Positions 48,441-61,797 of a stretch of 64,000 nucleotides of DNA are shown here, piece by piece. The DNA comes from Chiloscyllium plagiosum (lineage: Eukaryota). A program made the position numbers and the translations under genes. The stretch's first letter is position 1. Every line of letters begins with the position of its first letter. Under the pieces are notes generated by a model. It was given only the letters and a program-made list of their open reading frames with translations, had not been told where the DNA came from and did not search any database. The stretch spans positions 87,195,317 to 87,259,316 of the forward strand of contig NC_057719.1 in NCBI RefSeq assembly GCF_004010195.1, read 5' to 3'.

Positions 48441-50103
48441 TGAAAAGTGTTGTGTTTAAATAGACTCTGCGGACTGATTGATGTAATGTGCAGTTTATAT
48501 GGAATGTAGACTGATTGTTACTCCACATATAAATAGGCTGGAGACTGCTGTCATGTGGTGTTCATTATTGACAGGTTTTTGTTTGATGTAGTGTCTCAGT
48601 GTCTCTTTTATATGGACTGTAGGCTGATTGCTGTAGTGTGGCGTTTATATCCTCTTTAAGCTGATGGCTTTAGAGTAGTTTCTATAAAGGCTATTGGCTG
48701 ATTGGTGTAGTATGGAGTTTATATAAAATGTGGGACTTTTGCTGTCATGTGCGCTTTCTGTAAACTGCAGACTGATAGTTGTAGTGAGGTGTTTTCATAG
48801 ACTGTTGTTTGATTGCTGGTGTGGTGTTCATATTGACTGTTCTTTTGATTGCTGTAGTGTTGTTTTTATATAGAATGTAGACTGTTTGCAGTAGGGTCTG
48901 GTTTATATAAACTCTGTGGGGTAATTAATATACTGCATGGTTTACAAAGATTTGAGGCATGCTGCTGTCGTGTACAGTTCATGTTGACTCGAGCTGATTT
49001 CTGTAGTGTGATGTTTAAATAGCCTGTAGACTGTTGTAGTGCGTGTTTATAGCAATTATAGGCTGTCTTTATATCAAACTCTAATTTTATGGTAATTTTA
49101 TGCTTAAATAGGCTCTGTGGATTGATTGCTATAGTATGTAGACTGCAGGCTGATTCTGTAGTTTGGGGTTTATATACACTTTTTTTTGATTTAATGAGTA
49201 GTTCATACTGATTGTGGACTGAGGTATAGTGAGGTTTTTATGTAGATTGTCAGCTGATTGGTGCAGTTCATTTGTAAAGACTGTTTCCTAATCGCTGTGG
49301 TATGAAGTTTTACAAAGAATATAGGCTGTTTGCTGTAGTGTGCAGACTGATTGTTGTAGTCAGGTATTTACATAGACTATTGGATGGTTGCTCCAGTATG
49401 GGGCTCATGTAAACTGTACAGTGATTGTAATACAATGAGTGTTGTTCTTAAATAGACTCTGTGGACAGATTGTTATAGTGCTTATGTAGACTGTAGGCTG
49501 ATTCTGTAGTGTGGATTGTATATGGACTGTCTTTCTGATTGCTGAAATGAAGAGCAGATTGGCTGTAGATTGGATTCTGTAGTGCGGTGTTTAAAACGAC
49601 TGGGGACTGATTGCTGTAATGTGATATTTAACTTCGACTGTAGTCTGAATGCTTTGGTATGGTGTTTAATTAGATGGTAGTGTGAATGCTGTAGCGTGGT
49701 GTTAATATAGACTGTAGCCTGAATGCTGTCATGTGATATTTATACAGATTGTAGCCTGAATGCTGTAGTGCAGTGTTTAATTAGACTGTAGCCTGAATAC
49801 TGTTGCATAGTGTTTAATTAGTCACTGTGGTGTTAAGATACTTTTCTTGCCTTTGCACACCGTGAATCCTGTTCCAAATTCTCCCTCAGTTGTAAACCAT
49901 TGGCTAACACAATGGTGTTGACAGATCGTCTGACTTTTGTTATTAACTCCCCTGGTGTTTGCCAATTCATTCTTTTTCCCCTTCCCATGTCCTCCCCCTC
50001 AAACATGATACCAAGCATCAGCCAAAAACTCCCAGCCATGTCCTCTCATCACTGGCGTGTCAGACTGTCTCTCTTTCTGACTGCTGGGTGGGAAGTGCTG
50101 GTG

Positions 50104-50410
50104 GGTGGCACGGTGGCACAGTGGTTAGCACTGCTGCCTTACAGTGCCAGAGATCCAGGTTCAATTCCTGCCTCAAGCTACTGACTGTGTGGAGTTTGCA
50201 CATTCTCCCTGTGTCAGTATGAGTTTCCTCCTGGTGCTCCGGTTTCCTCCCACAGTCCAAAAATGTGCAGGTTAGGTGAATTGGCCATGCTAAATTGTGT
50301 TAGGTGAAGGGGTAAATGTAGGGGAATGGGTCTGGGTGGGTTGCACTTCGGTGGGTCGGTGTGGACTTGTTGGGCCGAAGGGCTTGTTTCCACACTGTAA
50401 GTAATCTAAT
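50104..50410 (+). mobile_element. HE1-type V-SINE
   Basis: Same head, V-domain and tail. Confidence 0.8.
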
Positions 50411-50969
50411 AAATTTGGTTGGATCTCCACACCCCACGTGTTACTGAGATACCTCTTGTATCTCCACCTCTCCATATATACCTGATGCCTCTGCTGTAAC
50501 CACTGACACTTTCTCTAGCATCAACGTTTGTTTCTTTGTTTATCCCATTACTCTTGCCTTGTATCATCGCCTTTATCATCTAAACATTTCTGTCTTCCAC
50601 CTTATTACTGATGTTTTTCTGTCTGTGCTTTTTGACCCTGACCACATTCTGTCCTGAAACATCAGCTTTTACTCTGTCCTCCTCACAGTTTTACAGTATG
50701 TGGCTTTTCTGTGGTTATAGACTGTGTTCTTGTTGCTGAATACTTTCAGACCTCATGTGAGATAATTGTGCTCAGTTCCGGGCTTTGTATCTCAGCATAG
50801 AGAGTGACTTAGGTGGGTGGGGGTAGAGGGGGCAAGGGAATGTTTGGAAATCTGAAATATATAGCAGAAAATTCTGAAACACTCAGTGGGTCAGACAGCA
50901 TCTGCGGAGAGAAACTGAGTTAACCTTTCAGGTTGAGGAGACCATAAGGCATAAATAGGCCATTCAGCC

Positions 50970-51101
50970 ATCATTCCTGATGAAGGGCTCTGGCCCGAAA
51001 CGTAGATTTTCCTGCTCCTAGGATGCTGCCTGACCTACTGTGCTTTTCCACAAAACACTCTCAACTCTGATCATCAGCATCTGCAGACCTCACTGTCTCC
51101 T
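50970..51101 (+). mobile_element. Family A PLE-derived element beginning at the hammerhead core (CTGATGA 50977-50983)
   Basis: CTGATGA-AGGGC(TCTG)GCCC-GAAAC-GTA; TSD CATTCAGCC at 50961 and 51102. Confidence 0.72.
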
Positions 51102-51718
51102 CATTCAGCCCATCAAGAAGGCTCTGCCATTCAATGAGGTCATGGCCAATTTGATTCTCCTCAACTCTGCTTCCCTACCTTTGGGCCTGCTTTTCTTGAT
51201 GATTAAAAGTCAATCTCAGTGTTGAATATACTTAATGACAGCCCCTGTGTGGTAAAGAATTCCACAGATTCACTACCCTCAGAGAAAAGAAATTCCTCCT
51301 CAATTCTGGATGTACTAGAACGTATGAGGGTGGATAAATCTCCTGGTCCTGATCTGATCTATCCAAGAAACCTGCAAGAGGCTACAGAAGAAATTGTGGG
51401 GGTTCTGGCTGAGATTTTTGCGTCATCATTAACCATGGGTGAGGTCCTGGAAGACTGGAGGGTGGTGAATGTTGTGTCCTTATTCAAGAAGGGCTGCAAA
51501 GAAAATCCTGGGAACTGTGGACCAGCGAACCTAACATCTGTGGTAGGTAAGTTATTTGAGAAGATTCTGAGAGATAAGATATACATGCATTTGGAAAGAC
51601 ATGGTTTGATGAGGAATAGTCAGCATGGCTTTGTGCATGGGAGATCATACCTCACAAATTTGTTCTTTGATGAAATGACCAAGAAAGTTGATGAGGACAG
51701 GGCGGTAGACATAGTCTA

Positions 51719-51877
51719 CAGAGGCATCTCGATTATCCGAAGGACACGGGTGGGAAGTATTTTGGTCGGTTAATTGAATGCTGGATAATCGAATGCCGGA
51801 TAACATAGTTAGCTAATTATTAGGACCTTGCGATCTCGTTTGAAATTCGGTTAATCAGATGCCAGATAATTGAGGTG
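51719..51877. mobile_element. Tc1/mariner (Tigger-like) MITE
   Basis: TA-flanked; imperfect terminal inverted repeats CATCTCGATTATCCG / CAGATAATTGAGGTG; splits the CR1 motif gtcta|tggatttc. Confidence 0.55.
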
Positions 51878-52246
51878 TATGGATTTCAGTAAGGCCTTTG
51901 ATAAGGTTCCACATGGTAGGCTGTTCTGGAAGGTTAGATCACATGGAATCTGGGGGAGGTGGCAAATTGCATACATAATTGACTTGATGGTAGGAAGCAG
52001 AGGGTAATAGTGGAAGGATGCTTATCAGATTGGAGGCCTGTGACTATTGGAGTGCCTCAGGGGTCAGTGCTGGGCCCATTGTCGTTTGTTATCTATATCA
52101 ATGATTTGGATGACAGTGTAGAAGGCATGATAGTAAGTTTGCAGATGACACGAAAATAGGCAGTGTCGTAGACAGTGAGGAAATTGTAGAACCTTGATCA
52201 GCCGGGAAAGGAGGCCAAGAAATAGCAAATGGAGATTAATGTAGAT

Positions 52247-53030
52247 TTGGAGATGCCAGTGTTGGACTGGGGTGTACAAATTTAAAAACCACACAACACC
52301 AGGTTATAGTCCAACAGGTTTATTTGGAAGCACTAGCTTTCGGAGCATTGCTCCTTCATCAGGTGGTTGTGGAGTATGAGATTGTAAGGCAGACTCTTAC
52401 AGACCCACACACTCGCGCAGACCCTCTCCCATACACAAGCTCTCTCACATATACATACACTCAAATATACACTCCCACAGTCGCATGCACACACACACCC
52501 TCTCACAGACTTATACACATAGAGACACTCTCTCACAAACACTCATGACCCTTCCCCCTCAACACACAAACCCACATTCACACATACAGGTTTATGGGGT
52601 GAATTTGTACTTGTAGAATTACATTTTATTTTGCTCAAAAACTGCATGAATCCATGTAAGATCCTGTAAATCCACTTTTTAGATTAGAATCAGTTTGAAC
52701 ATTGGGGCACAGACAGTCTCACACAGGGCACCTCACACCTTAAATGCATTACCTGGGCCGACATGACACAGTTGTTAAAGTTCACTTGAGAATGTAACTT
52801 TAAAAAAGTTCTGCAATTTACATATGAAAGAACTGAAACCAACATGTTCGTTCTAAAAGATGAGAGACTTAACAAACAATCCAGATCTTTTTCAATATAT
52901 GATTTCAGCTGCATCACACTGTAAACTTTTGCTATAAATTCTGTGTCTTACAATTTTATACTCCACAACCATCTGATGAAGGAGAAGCGCTCTGAAAGCT
53001 AGTGCTTCCAAATAAACCTGTTGGACTATA
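52247..53030 (+). mobile_element. Family B PLE-derived element with inverted ends and two hammerhead cores (52362-52331 minus; 52973-53004 plus), inserted into a CR1 LINE
   Basis: Shares terminal sequence with the 58743 element; interrupts the CR1 RT remnant. Confidence 0.75.
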
Positions 53031-56000
53031 GTAGAGTTTAATATAGATAAGTGTGAGGTCTTGCATTTTGGAAAGTCAATTCAAGGTAGCAGTTTCATGG
53101 TGAATGGTGGGGCCTTAAGGAGTGTAGTGGAGCAGAGGGATCTCGGAGTTCAGGTGCATGATTCTCTGAAAGTGGAATTGCAGGTAGACAGGGCAGTGAA
53201 GAAAGCTTTTGGCACACTGGCCTTCATCAGTCAAGGCATTGAGTATAGAAGTTGGGACGTTACGTTGCAGTTATACAGGACATTGGAGAGGCCGTAGTTG
53301 GAGCATTGTATTCAGTTTCTGCCACGTTGTTATAGGAAGGATGTTATTAAACTGGAAAGAGTGCAGAAGTAATTTACATGGATGTTGCCAGGACTCAATG
53401 GTCTGAGTTATAGGGAGAGGTTGGACAAGCTAAGACCTTTTTCTTTAGAGCATAGGAGTCTGAGGGGGGACTTAATAGATCATGAGAGGCATGGATAGGG
53501 TGAATGCAGTCAGTCTTTTTTCCCAGGGTTGGGGAATCGAGGACTGGAGAACATCAGTTTAAGATTAGAGGGGAAAGAATAAAAGGGAACCTGAGGGGCA
53601 ATTTTTATTTCCAGAGGGTAGTATGCAAATGGAATGAGCTGCCCTCGGAAATGGTTGAGGTGGGTATATTAACAACATTTAAAAGATATTTGGACCAATA
53701 CATGAATAAGAAATGTTGAGAAGGATATGGGCCAAATTCAGGGATAGGGGTTAGCGTGGATGGACCAGTTTGGGCCAAAGGACCTGTCTCTGTGTTGTAT
53801 GACTCTACGTCTCTGTCTTAAATGTGTGAGATCTTTATTCTGAGATTATGACCTCTGGTCCTAGATTCTGCTCACATTGAATTGCTCAGTATTCCCAGCA
53901 TTTATTTTTAAAAGTACAACTTCTTCCTTTTTTTATTCCCACCCATGTCGAGTTAGAGAGAATTAGTCAAATGTTAATTCCTTTTTGTATCTGTCCCTTA
54001 GCTTTTAGAGACTTGTCCATAGGGATGCTCAAAGCTGTCTTCTGTTTAGACTGGGACTTCTTTCTCTGGAATGTAGGAGGTTGAGGGGTGACCTTATAGA
54101 GATTTATAAGATCGTGAGGGGTATTGATAAAGTAAATAGCAGGTGTCTTTTTCTAGTGTGATTTCAGGACTAGAGGGCATATTTTAAGGTGATTGGGGAA
54201 ATATTTGAAAAAGACATGAGAAGCAATTTTTACTTTATAGAGAGAGTGGTTTATGTGTGAAATGAATATCCAGACAAAATGGTGGATGCAGGTACAGTTA
54301 CAACACTTAAAAGATATTTGGATAAGTACATGAATAAGAAATGTTTGGAGGGATATTGGCCAAGTGCAGGCAGTTTAGGATTATGGTCAGCATGGACTGG
54401 CTGGACTGAAGGGTCTGTTTCTGTGCTATATGACTCAATGACTCTATGTATCCACTAAGTAAATATTCAGATTTGATCTTGTCTGATTGAAAATGGATTT
54501 CCCACATTGAGTTTCATCCGCCACACTTCCTCTCACTTACTTAGCTCCTCTGTGGTTTCTCTTATAACCACCAGCTTCAGGCTTATAACAGCTCCCATTA
54601 GTGGGAGCTGCAAACTCAAGTGCACTCTGACAACATGTACACTGAAAGATTTGAGTCCCAGTACAGATCCCAGTGAACCAGCTGTTGTATTCTCCGAATT
54701 AGACAATATCTGCTTTACCATTACTTCTGCCTTCTACTTCTGAATCAGCTGCAGGCCTTTCCCCAATATTGTCCCCAAAACACTGCACTTCCATTTTCAG
54801 TAATAAGTTTCATATGGAAACGTATTAAATTCTCATGATACCCCACATCCTACCATTTTATTCATTCATGCGATACACCTGTTTCTGGCCGGGCCACCAT
54901 TCATTGCCCATTTCATGTGCCCTTGAGAAGGTGGTGGTGAGTTGCCTTCTTGATCTGCTGCAGATTACATGCTGTAGGTAAACCCACAGATGGAATTCCA
55001 GGGTTATGACCCAGTGATACTGAAGGAACGGTGATATATTTTGAAATCAGGATGGTGAGCGGCTTGGGTGGGAACTTGCAAGTGATGGTGTTCTCATGTA
55101 TCTGCTGTCCTTGTGCGTCTCGATGGAAGTGGTCGTGGGTTTAGAAAGCTTTGGTGAGTCTCTGCAGTAAATTTTGTAGATGGTACTGTGAAACCTGTAT
55201 CCCTTTAATCGAGTGCTTTTTAAAATCCTGGACCGAAATAAGAAAAAGCTGTTTTAAAACCAGTGTTTTGAAAGGATTACTGCATGTTTTGAAAACCAAG
55301 TCACCTGTATGGACAGACAGCTCAAGTGATAGTGTGGTAGAAGTGGCAAGCATGTTACAAATAACTAATAAATCAGAGAGCTTTTATAAGTGAATCAGCC
55401 ATCTTGTGACTCTTGTAAACCTATGGGAGATCTGGGGAAGGATGACTGAAAAACAACATTCTGACCAGCATAAGAATCACAAGGAACACCTTAGGAATCC
55501 GGGAATAGGAACCACTGAATAACCTTCCCAATTTTCCACTTTCCCTAACCTATTTGTGTGTGTGTATGTATGTGTTTTGTGTGTGTGACCGTGTGTATAT
55601 GTTTGTGTGCGTGTGTTTTTGTGTGTGATGTTGTGTGTATGTGTGTGTGTGCGTGTGTGACTGTGTGTGTATTTGTGACTGTGTGAGACTGTGTGCATGT
55701 GTGATTGTATGTATGCGTGTGTTGGGATAAGGGAGGTTTGTAAGGGGATTAAAGTTTTAGTTTGTAGTGCTATATACCAAAATTTATAACTGTTTATTTG
55801 TAGCTCGAGTCTGATTATTTGTAATAAATTGTAATTCTAGTTAAGTGCAGAAACCTGGTGTGCATGCTATTAACCTGGATCCGACACTCAGGTAAAGTGG
55901 GGTATTTCAGAAAAATCTTGAATTTTTATGTTGACTCCAGGAATAGTCGGTCTTGATTTCCAACACACTATCAGACTGACTCTCCAATATGAGCTGACCA

Positions 56001-56161
56001 TTCAGAGCTTCCAACCTTCTGATTGAGTGGCCGTTGAAGTAAAAATGGCAGATTAAGTCATGCTGTTGCCTTGGAAGCTGGTTTGAAATCCAATATTGGG
56101 GTCCCAAACCTCCTGGTAACATTTAGCCTTTAGGGAATTATGATAGAGTGGTAAAGTGATA

Positions 56162-56942
56162 TTATAGATGCCCTCCAACGCATCTCGTCTACATCCCGCA
56201 CCTCCGCCCTCAGACCCCATCCCTCCAACCGTAACAAGGACAGAACGCCCCTGGTGCTCACCTTCCACCCTACCAACCTTCGCATAAACCAAATCATCCA
56301 CCAACATTTCCGCCACCTCCAAACANNNNNNNNNNNNNNNNNNNNNNNNNNNNNNNNNNNNNNNNNNNNNNNNNNNNNNNNNNNNNNNNNNNNNNNNNNN
56401 NNNNNNNNNNNNNNNNNNNNNNNNNNNNNNNNNNNNNNNNNNNNNNNNNNNNNNNNNNNNNNNNNNNNNNNNNNNNNNNNNNNNNNNNNNNNNNNNNNNN
56501 NNNNNNNNNNNNNNNNNNNNNNNNNNNNNNNNNNNNNNNNNNNNNNNNNNNNNNNNNNNNNNNNNNNNNNNNNNNNNNNNNNNNNNNNNNNNNNNNNNNN
56601 NNNNNNNNNNNNNNNNNNNNNNNNNNNNNNNNNNNNNNNNNNNNNNNNNNNNNNNNNNNNNNNNNNNNNNNNNNNNNNNNNNNNNNNNNNNNNNNNNNNN
56701 NNNNNNNNNNNNNNNNNNNNNNNNNNNNNNNNNNNNNNNNNNNNNNNNNNNNNNNNNNNCCACCCCCACCCTCCTCTAGCTTATCTCTCCACGCTTCAGG
56801 CTCACTGCCTTTATTCCTGATGAAGGGCTTTTGCCCGAAACATCGATTTCGAAGCTCCTTGGATGCTGCCTGAACTGCTGTGCTCTTCCAGCACCACTAA
56901 TCCAGCATCTGGTTTCCAGCATCTGCAGTCATTGTTTTTACC
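56162..56942 (+). mobile_element. 5'-truncated Penelope-like retroelement (family A) with coding remnant and terminal hammerhead motif (56817-56843); internal N gap
   Basis: PSNRNKDRTPLVLTFHPTNLRINQII remnant; 13-bp TSD TGGTAAAGTGATA at 56149-56161 and 56943-56955. Confidence 0.78.
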
Positions 56943-56949
56943 TGGTAAA

Positions 56950-57470
56950 GTGATAGATAGATTAGATAGATGGATAGATAGAAAGACACAGACAGAGATA
57001 GACTGACAGAGGTAGAATAAAAATGAGATTAATCAGGAATGCAGTGATTGTTTTCGATTGATCCAAAAATAGATAGAGCAATAGATAAATGGCAGTAGAG
57101 AGATATAAGAATAGATTCATTTATAAAAATGACAAACAGCAATGGTCCCAAAACAGATCCTTGCAGAACACCACTAGTGACGGCACTCCAAGATGAACCT
57201 TTGCCATCAACTACTACCCTCTGTCTTCTTCCAGCCATGGATAGATAGATTAAGTGTCAGACTAGTAGGGTGTTAGGTAGAGTGATAAATAGGTAGTTAG
57301 ACTGATTGAACAATAGTTAATAGAATGGAGATAGGTAGATAGACTAATAAATAGAGATAGCTTAATAGATAGATGAATAGATAGAAATGGATCGATTGAT
57401 GGATAGTGACAGAGATAGATTGATAGATATAATGGCAGAAGAATAGAATGAAGGATAGAAGGATAGGTGA
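56950..57470. repeat. Degenerate (GATA)n microsatellite containing a CR1 fragment (57117-57237)
   Basis: Low-complexity [17 protein letters not shown] on the minus strand. Confidence 0.8.
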
Positions 57471-58742
57471 GGCTCAAGTTTGAATGTAACAAGTGTTCTT
57501 AGCATACCCACTCATTGCTGATTCACTGTGTGGCACAATGCGGTCCCGTTGTCTTTTGCTTGGACTGTTCACTACTCCAGGGTCATCTTCAAGTGCAACA
57601 GTAAGCCTTGGAGTGGTTTCTAAACAGCAAACTTTCTCCCTGAATCTCATGGTCTCTCCTGCCTTTTCCACCCTTACATAGACTCAGAGACTTCCTCATT
57701 GGTAAATTGAAACCATCCATTAATTTGACTCTAACATTTACCTTCCCCACACCAGCCCTGTGTTGCTGGGGTACAAATTCCTCCTGGGGGTAATCGTGCA
57801 GGACAGGTAATATCACATTGACAGACTGGCAGACTACCATCCACGTTCTATTGAAGCTACTAAAGTGACTATCAGAAGATGGTCATTCAACTGGCAGTCA
57901 ATGCAACCCACCTTCATTCTGCTCAACTGCCCCTGAAGCTCTTTTGATCTCTTTGTCCCCAGCTCATCAGTCCATGAGCCCCATGTCATGCTCTGTTCGG
58001 ACAAAACCTCAAATCAAACCTAACTTTCCTTTCTGATTTCTTCTCAACTTGAAAATAGGGCCAGCTGTCCCTCAGTTGGAAGATGATATCTACTCAGAGT
58101 CATGGATTTTTGCTGTGATTCTCTTTGTTATTGAACAGGAAGATTTTAAACTACAGATCTTTGGGCACATAGGGCAGGATGTCTATGAGCTAGTGGATCT
58201 GGATTTGCTGCTTTTTTGTCCTTCTGTGCTGCTGTTCTGCCTTGTCAAGATACTGTGACTCAAAGTGTGATGCAAGTTGTTGCTATTAGTGGAAAACTCC
58301 TCCCAGTGATTAATGGCAAAGCTGATGTGCCTTGAGGAGAAATCTAGAAACTGCCAAACCATGTTTTTTGCCTTTCCCTGGTATGTTGGCCATTGAGAGT
58401 TAGAGAAACAGTGCCTGGCAAGGGACACAGTTTTGCCCATTTGGACCCTGTGTCCAGTGCATTGTATTTGACTTCACGGGAGCTTTGCCTGAATGCTTGT
58501 GGTGCTGGCTTCAAATAAAATACAAGTGCTTTGTTCAATGTCCTCCCATTGAATCCAGAGGATGTGGAGGAGACATTGCTCGTGGAATGTCTCTTGAATT
58601 CTTATATATCACTGATAAGCAGTCCAGGTCTCACTGTAATATAGGCGTGTGCAATACAACTGCTCTGTGCACCAGGACCAGTGTCAGTTTGCAGGCGTGT
58701 CTGTTGTCAGACACTCACTACTGTAGTTTGTAGAATGATTCA

Positions 58743-59966
58743 GAGATGCCGGTGTTGGACTGGAGTGTACAAAGTTAAAAATCACACAACACCAGGTTAT
58801 AGTCCAACAGATTTAGTTGGAACACACTAGCTTTCGGAGCGACGCTCCTTCATCAGGTGATTGTGGAGGGCTCGATCGTAACACAGAATTTATAGCAAAA
58901 ATTTGCAGTGTGATGTAACTGAAATTATACATTGAAGAATTGATTGTCTGTTAAGCCTCCATACAACCCTGTCACGGTGGACGCTGCAAAACGTGTCAGA
59001 TTGTGGACATAGATACCACTATTACACGTGGGAACACCTCCCACCGTGTACATGGCACTCATGTGACTCAGCCAACGTTGTCTATCTTATACGTTGCAGG
59101 CAAGGATGCCCGGAGGCATGGTACATTGGGGAAACCGAGCAAAGGCNNNNNNNNNNNNNNNNNNNNNNNNNNNNNNNNNNNNNNNNNNNNNNNNNNNNNN
59201 NNNNNNNNNNNNNNNNNNNNNNNNNNNNNNNNNNNNNNNNNNNNNNNNNNNNNNNNNNNNNNNNNNNNNNNNNNNNNNNNNNNNNNNNNNNNNNNNNNNN
59301 NNNNNNNNNNNNNNNNNNNNNNNNNNNNNNNNNNNNNNNNNNNNNNNNNNNNNNNNNNNNNNNNNNNNNNNNNNNNNNNNNNNNNNNNNNNNNNNNNNNN
59401 NNNNNNNNNNNNNNNNNNNNNNNNNNNNNNNNNNNNNNNNNNNNNNNNNNNNNNNNNNNNNNNNNNNNNNNNNNNNNNNNNNNNNNNNNNNNNNNNNNNN
59501 NNNNNNNNNNNNNNNNNNNNNNNNNNNNNNNNNNNNNNNNNNNNNNNNNNNNNNNNNNNNNNNNNNNNNNNNNNNNNNNNNNNNNNNNNNNNNNNNNNNN
59601 NNNNNNNNNNNNNNNNNNNNNNNNNNNNNNNNNNNNNNNNNNNNNNNNNNNNNNNNNNNNNNNNNNNNNNNNNNNNNNNNNNNNNNNNNNNNNNNNNNNN
59701 NNNNNNNACTTTAAAAAAAAGGGTTTTGTGATTTACACATGAAAGAAGTGAAACTATCACTGTTTTCTAACAGATGTAAGGCTTAACAGACAATCAATTC
59801 TTCAATGCATAATTTCAGTTACATCACACTGCAAATTTTTGCTATAAATTCTGTGTTACAATCGAGCCCTCCACAATCACCTGATAAAGGAGCGTCGCTC
59901 CGAAAGCTAGTGTGCTTCCAATTAAATCTGTTGGACTATAACCTGGTGTTGTGTGATTTTTAGCTT
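58743..59966 (+). mobile_element. Penelope-like element (family B) with GIY-YIG endonuclease remnant and about 190-bp inverted terminal repeats
   Basis: CDSANVVYLIRCRQGCPEAWYIGET is GIY-YIG-like; ~58767-58957 is the reverse complement of ~59780-59970; TSD TGTAGTTTGTAGAA at 58722-58735 and 59967-59980. Confidence 0.82.
58822..58860 (-). ncRNA. Minimal hammerhead ribozyme motif (family B)
   Basis: CAC-CTGATGA-A-GGAGC(GTC)GCTCC-GAAAG-CTA-GTG; palindromic AGCT stem III. Confidence 0.62.
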
Positions 59967-61050
59967 TGTAGTTTGTAGAACACAGTGTTGGATCTCCTTG
60001 TCTGAGGTGGCCTTTTGAAAGAGGTGCTGACAAGGACTGGGACATGCTCAACATATTCCCAAGTCTCCTTCAACATGCAACATGCAGGAGCTGACCAGAT
60101 GTGGGTTGCTACAGATTTTGTTTTGGCAACACCTGAGGACAGACCGAGTCTCTTGTACCAGATTGAAGAGAACAAGAGTATATGACAATCCAGCGGACAA
60201 TGGGATTGCAGTTATGTTGATCATATAGCTTTGTGGAAGTCAGTTTTGATTTAAAAAGGTGAGATGGCTGAGGTGAAAGAGTTTGCTGTTGAGACAATAG
60301 TTTATACTCACATTAGAGGACAGTGCATCAAACCAGGGGACGCAGTCTCAGAATAAAGGTTAGATCCTTTATGAGGAGAAATATCTTCACCCCAAGGGTG
60401 GTGCGCCTATGGAATTCCCTACCCTGGGGTATGCAGAAGTTCAGTTGGTGAGTATGTTGAAGGCAAATGTCAATAAATTCGTAGATTATGCATAATAACT
60501 GAATAATGATATCAAAGAATATTGGGGGGGAGCGGCTTTTGAAGTAGAAAATCAGTCGTGATCTAGTTACACATTGGAGCAGGCTTTAGGGGCTGAATGG
60601 CCTATCCTATTCACAGTGCCAGAGAGGCCCAAACCTATAAAATAAAGCTCTCCACAGCACCATGACTAGCTCAACAAGATCAAGAATGCTCTCGAAAAAT
60701 ACTGCAAATGTTTCGACATCTCGAACTGTGCGCTATCTGGTTCAGACTGATCTGCTGCATTGCCAGAGATTTTGTTTTCATTTCAGAATTACAAAACTTT
60801 TATTTATGTTTACAATATTTCAATGTTTGGAATAATCAGTGAACCGTCACAGCACGCAATGCCCCTGCTGTTCGTCCTTGTACCCTCTTTCCCGAAAAGA
60901 CCTCTTCCCCTTCGGGCCCAATCCTCACACTTTGGCCTTTTGTTTGATCCAAATATTTAACCTTTTTATGAGCTCCAATGGATTCTGCTTCCTCCACTGT
61001 CGGCATACCCTATGGCATAACAACCCCCTCCCCACACTGTGCAAATCTTA

Positions 61051-61797
61051 GCAGGACATATACACTTAATGGCAAGGTGCAAGGGAGTGTTGCTGAGAAG
61101 GAGATCTTGGAATGCAGGTTCATAGCTCCTTGGAAGTGGAGTCACAGGTAGATAGGAAAGTGAAGAAGGCGTTTGCTATGCTTTCCTTTATTGGTCAGTG
61201 TATTGAGTACAGGAGTTGGGAGGTCATGTTGTGGCTGTACAGGACATTGGTTAGGCCACTTTCGGAATATTGCGTACAATTCTGGTCTTCCTATCGGAAG
61301 GATGTTGTGAAACTTGAAAGGGTTCAGAAAAGATTTATAAGGAAATTGCCAGTGTTGGAGGATTTGAGCTAAAGGGAGAGGTTGAATAGGCTTGGGCTGT
61401 TTTCCCTGGAGTGTCGGAGGCTGAGGGGTGACCTTATAGAACTTTATAAAATCATGAGGTGCATGGATGTGGTAAATAGACAAGGTCATTTCCCTGGGGT
61501 GGGGGAGTCCAGAACTAGAGGGCATAGGTTTAGGGTGAGAGGGGAAAGATATAAAAGAGATGTAAGGGGCAATGTTTTCACGCAGAGGGTGGTATGTGTG
61601 TGGAATAAGCTGCCAGAGGAAGTGGTGGAGGCTAGTACAATTGCAACATTTTAAAGGCATTTGGATGGATATATGAATAGGAAGGGTTTGGAGGGATATG
61701 GGCTGACAGGTGGGACTAGATTGGGTTGGGCTATCTGGTTGGCATGGACGGGTTGGACCTAAGCGTCTGTTTCCATGCTGCACATCTCCATGACTCT
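61051..61797 (+). mobile_element. CR1 LINE 3' end
   Basis: LYRTLVRPLSEYCVQFWS...RRLRGDLIE; ACTCTA tail. Confidence 0.85.

Larger units (their letters stand above)
39550..49830. repeat. Old ~37-bp satellite (TAGACTGTAGACTGATTGCTGTAGTGTGGTGTTTATA) broken into five blocks by TE insertions
   Basis: Blocks at about 39550-40620, 42420-42785, 44210-45375, 46780-47210 and 48445-49830 share the unit. Confidence 0.85.
51305..53810 (+). mobile_element. CR1 LINE ORF2 (RT) remnant interrupted by a MITE and a PLE-derived element
   Basis: [41 protein letters not shown]. Confidence 0.85.
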
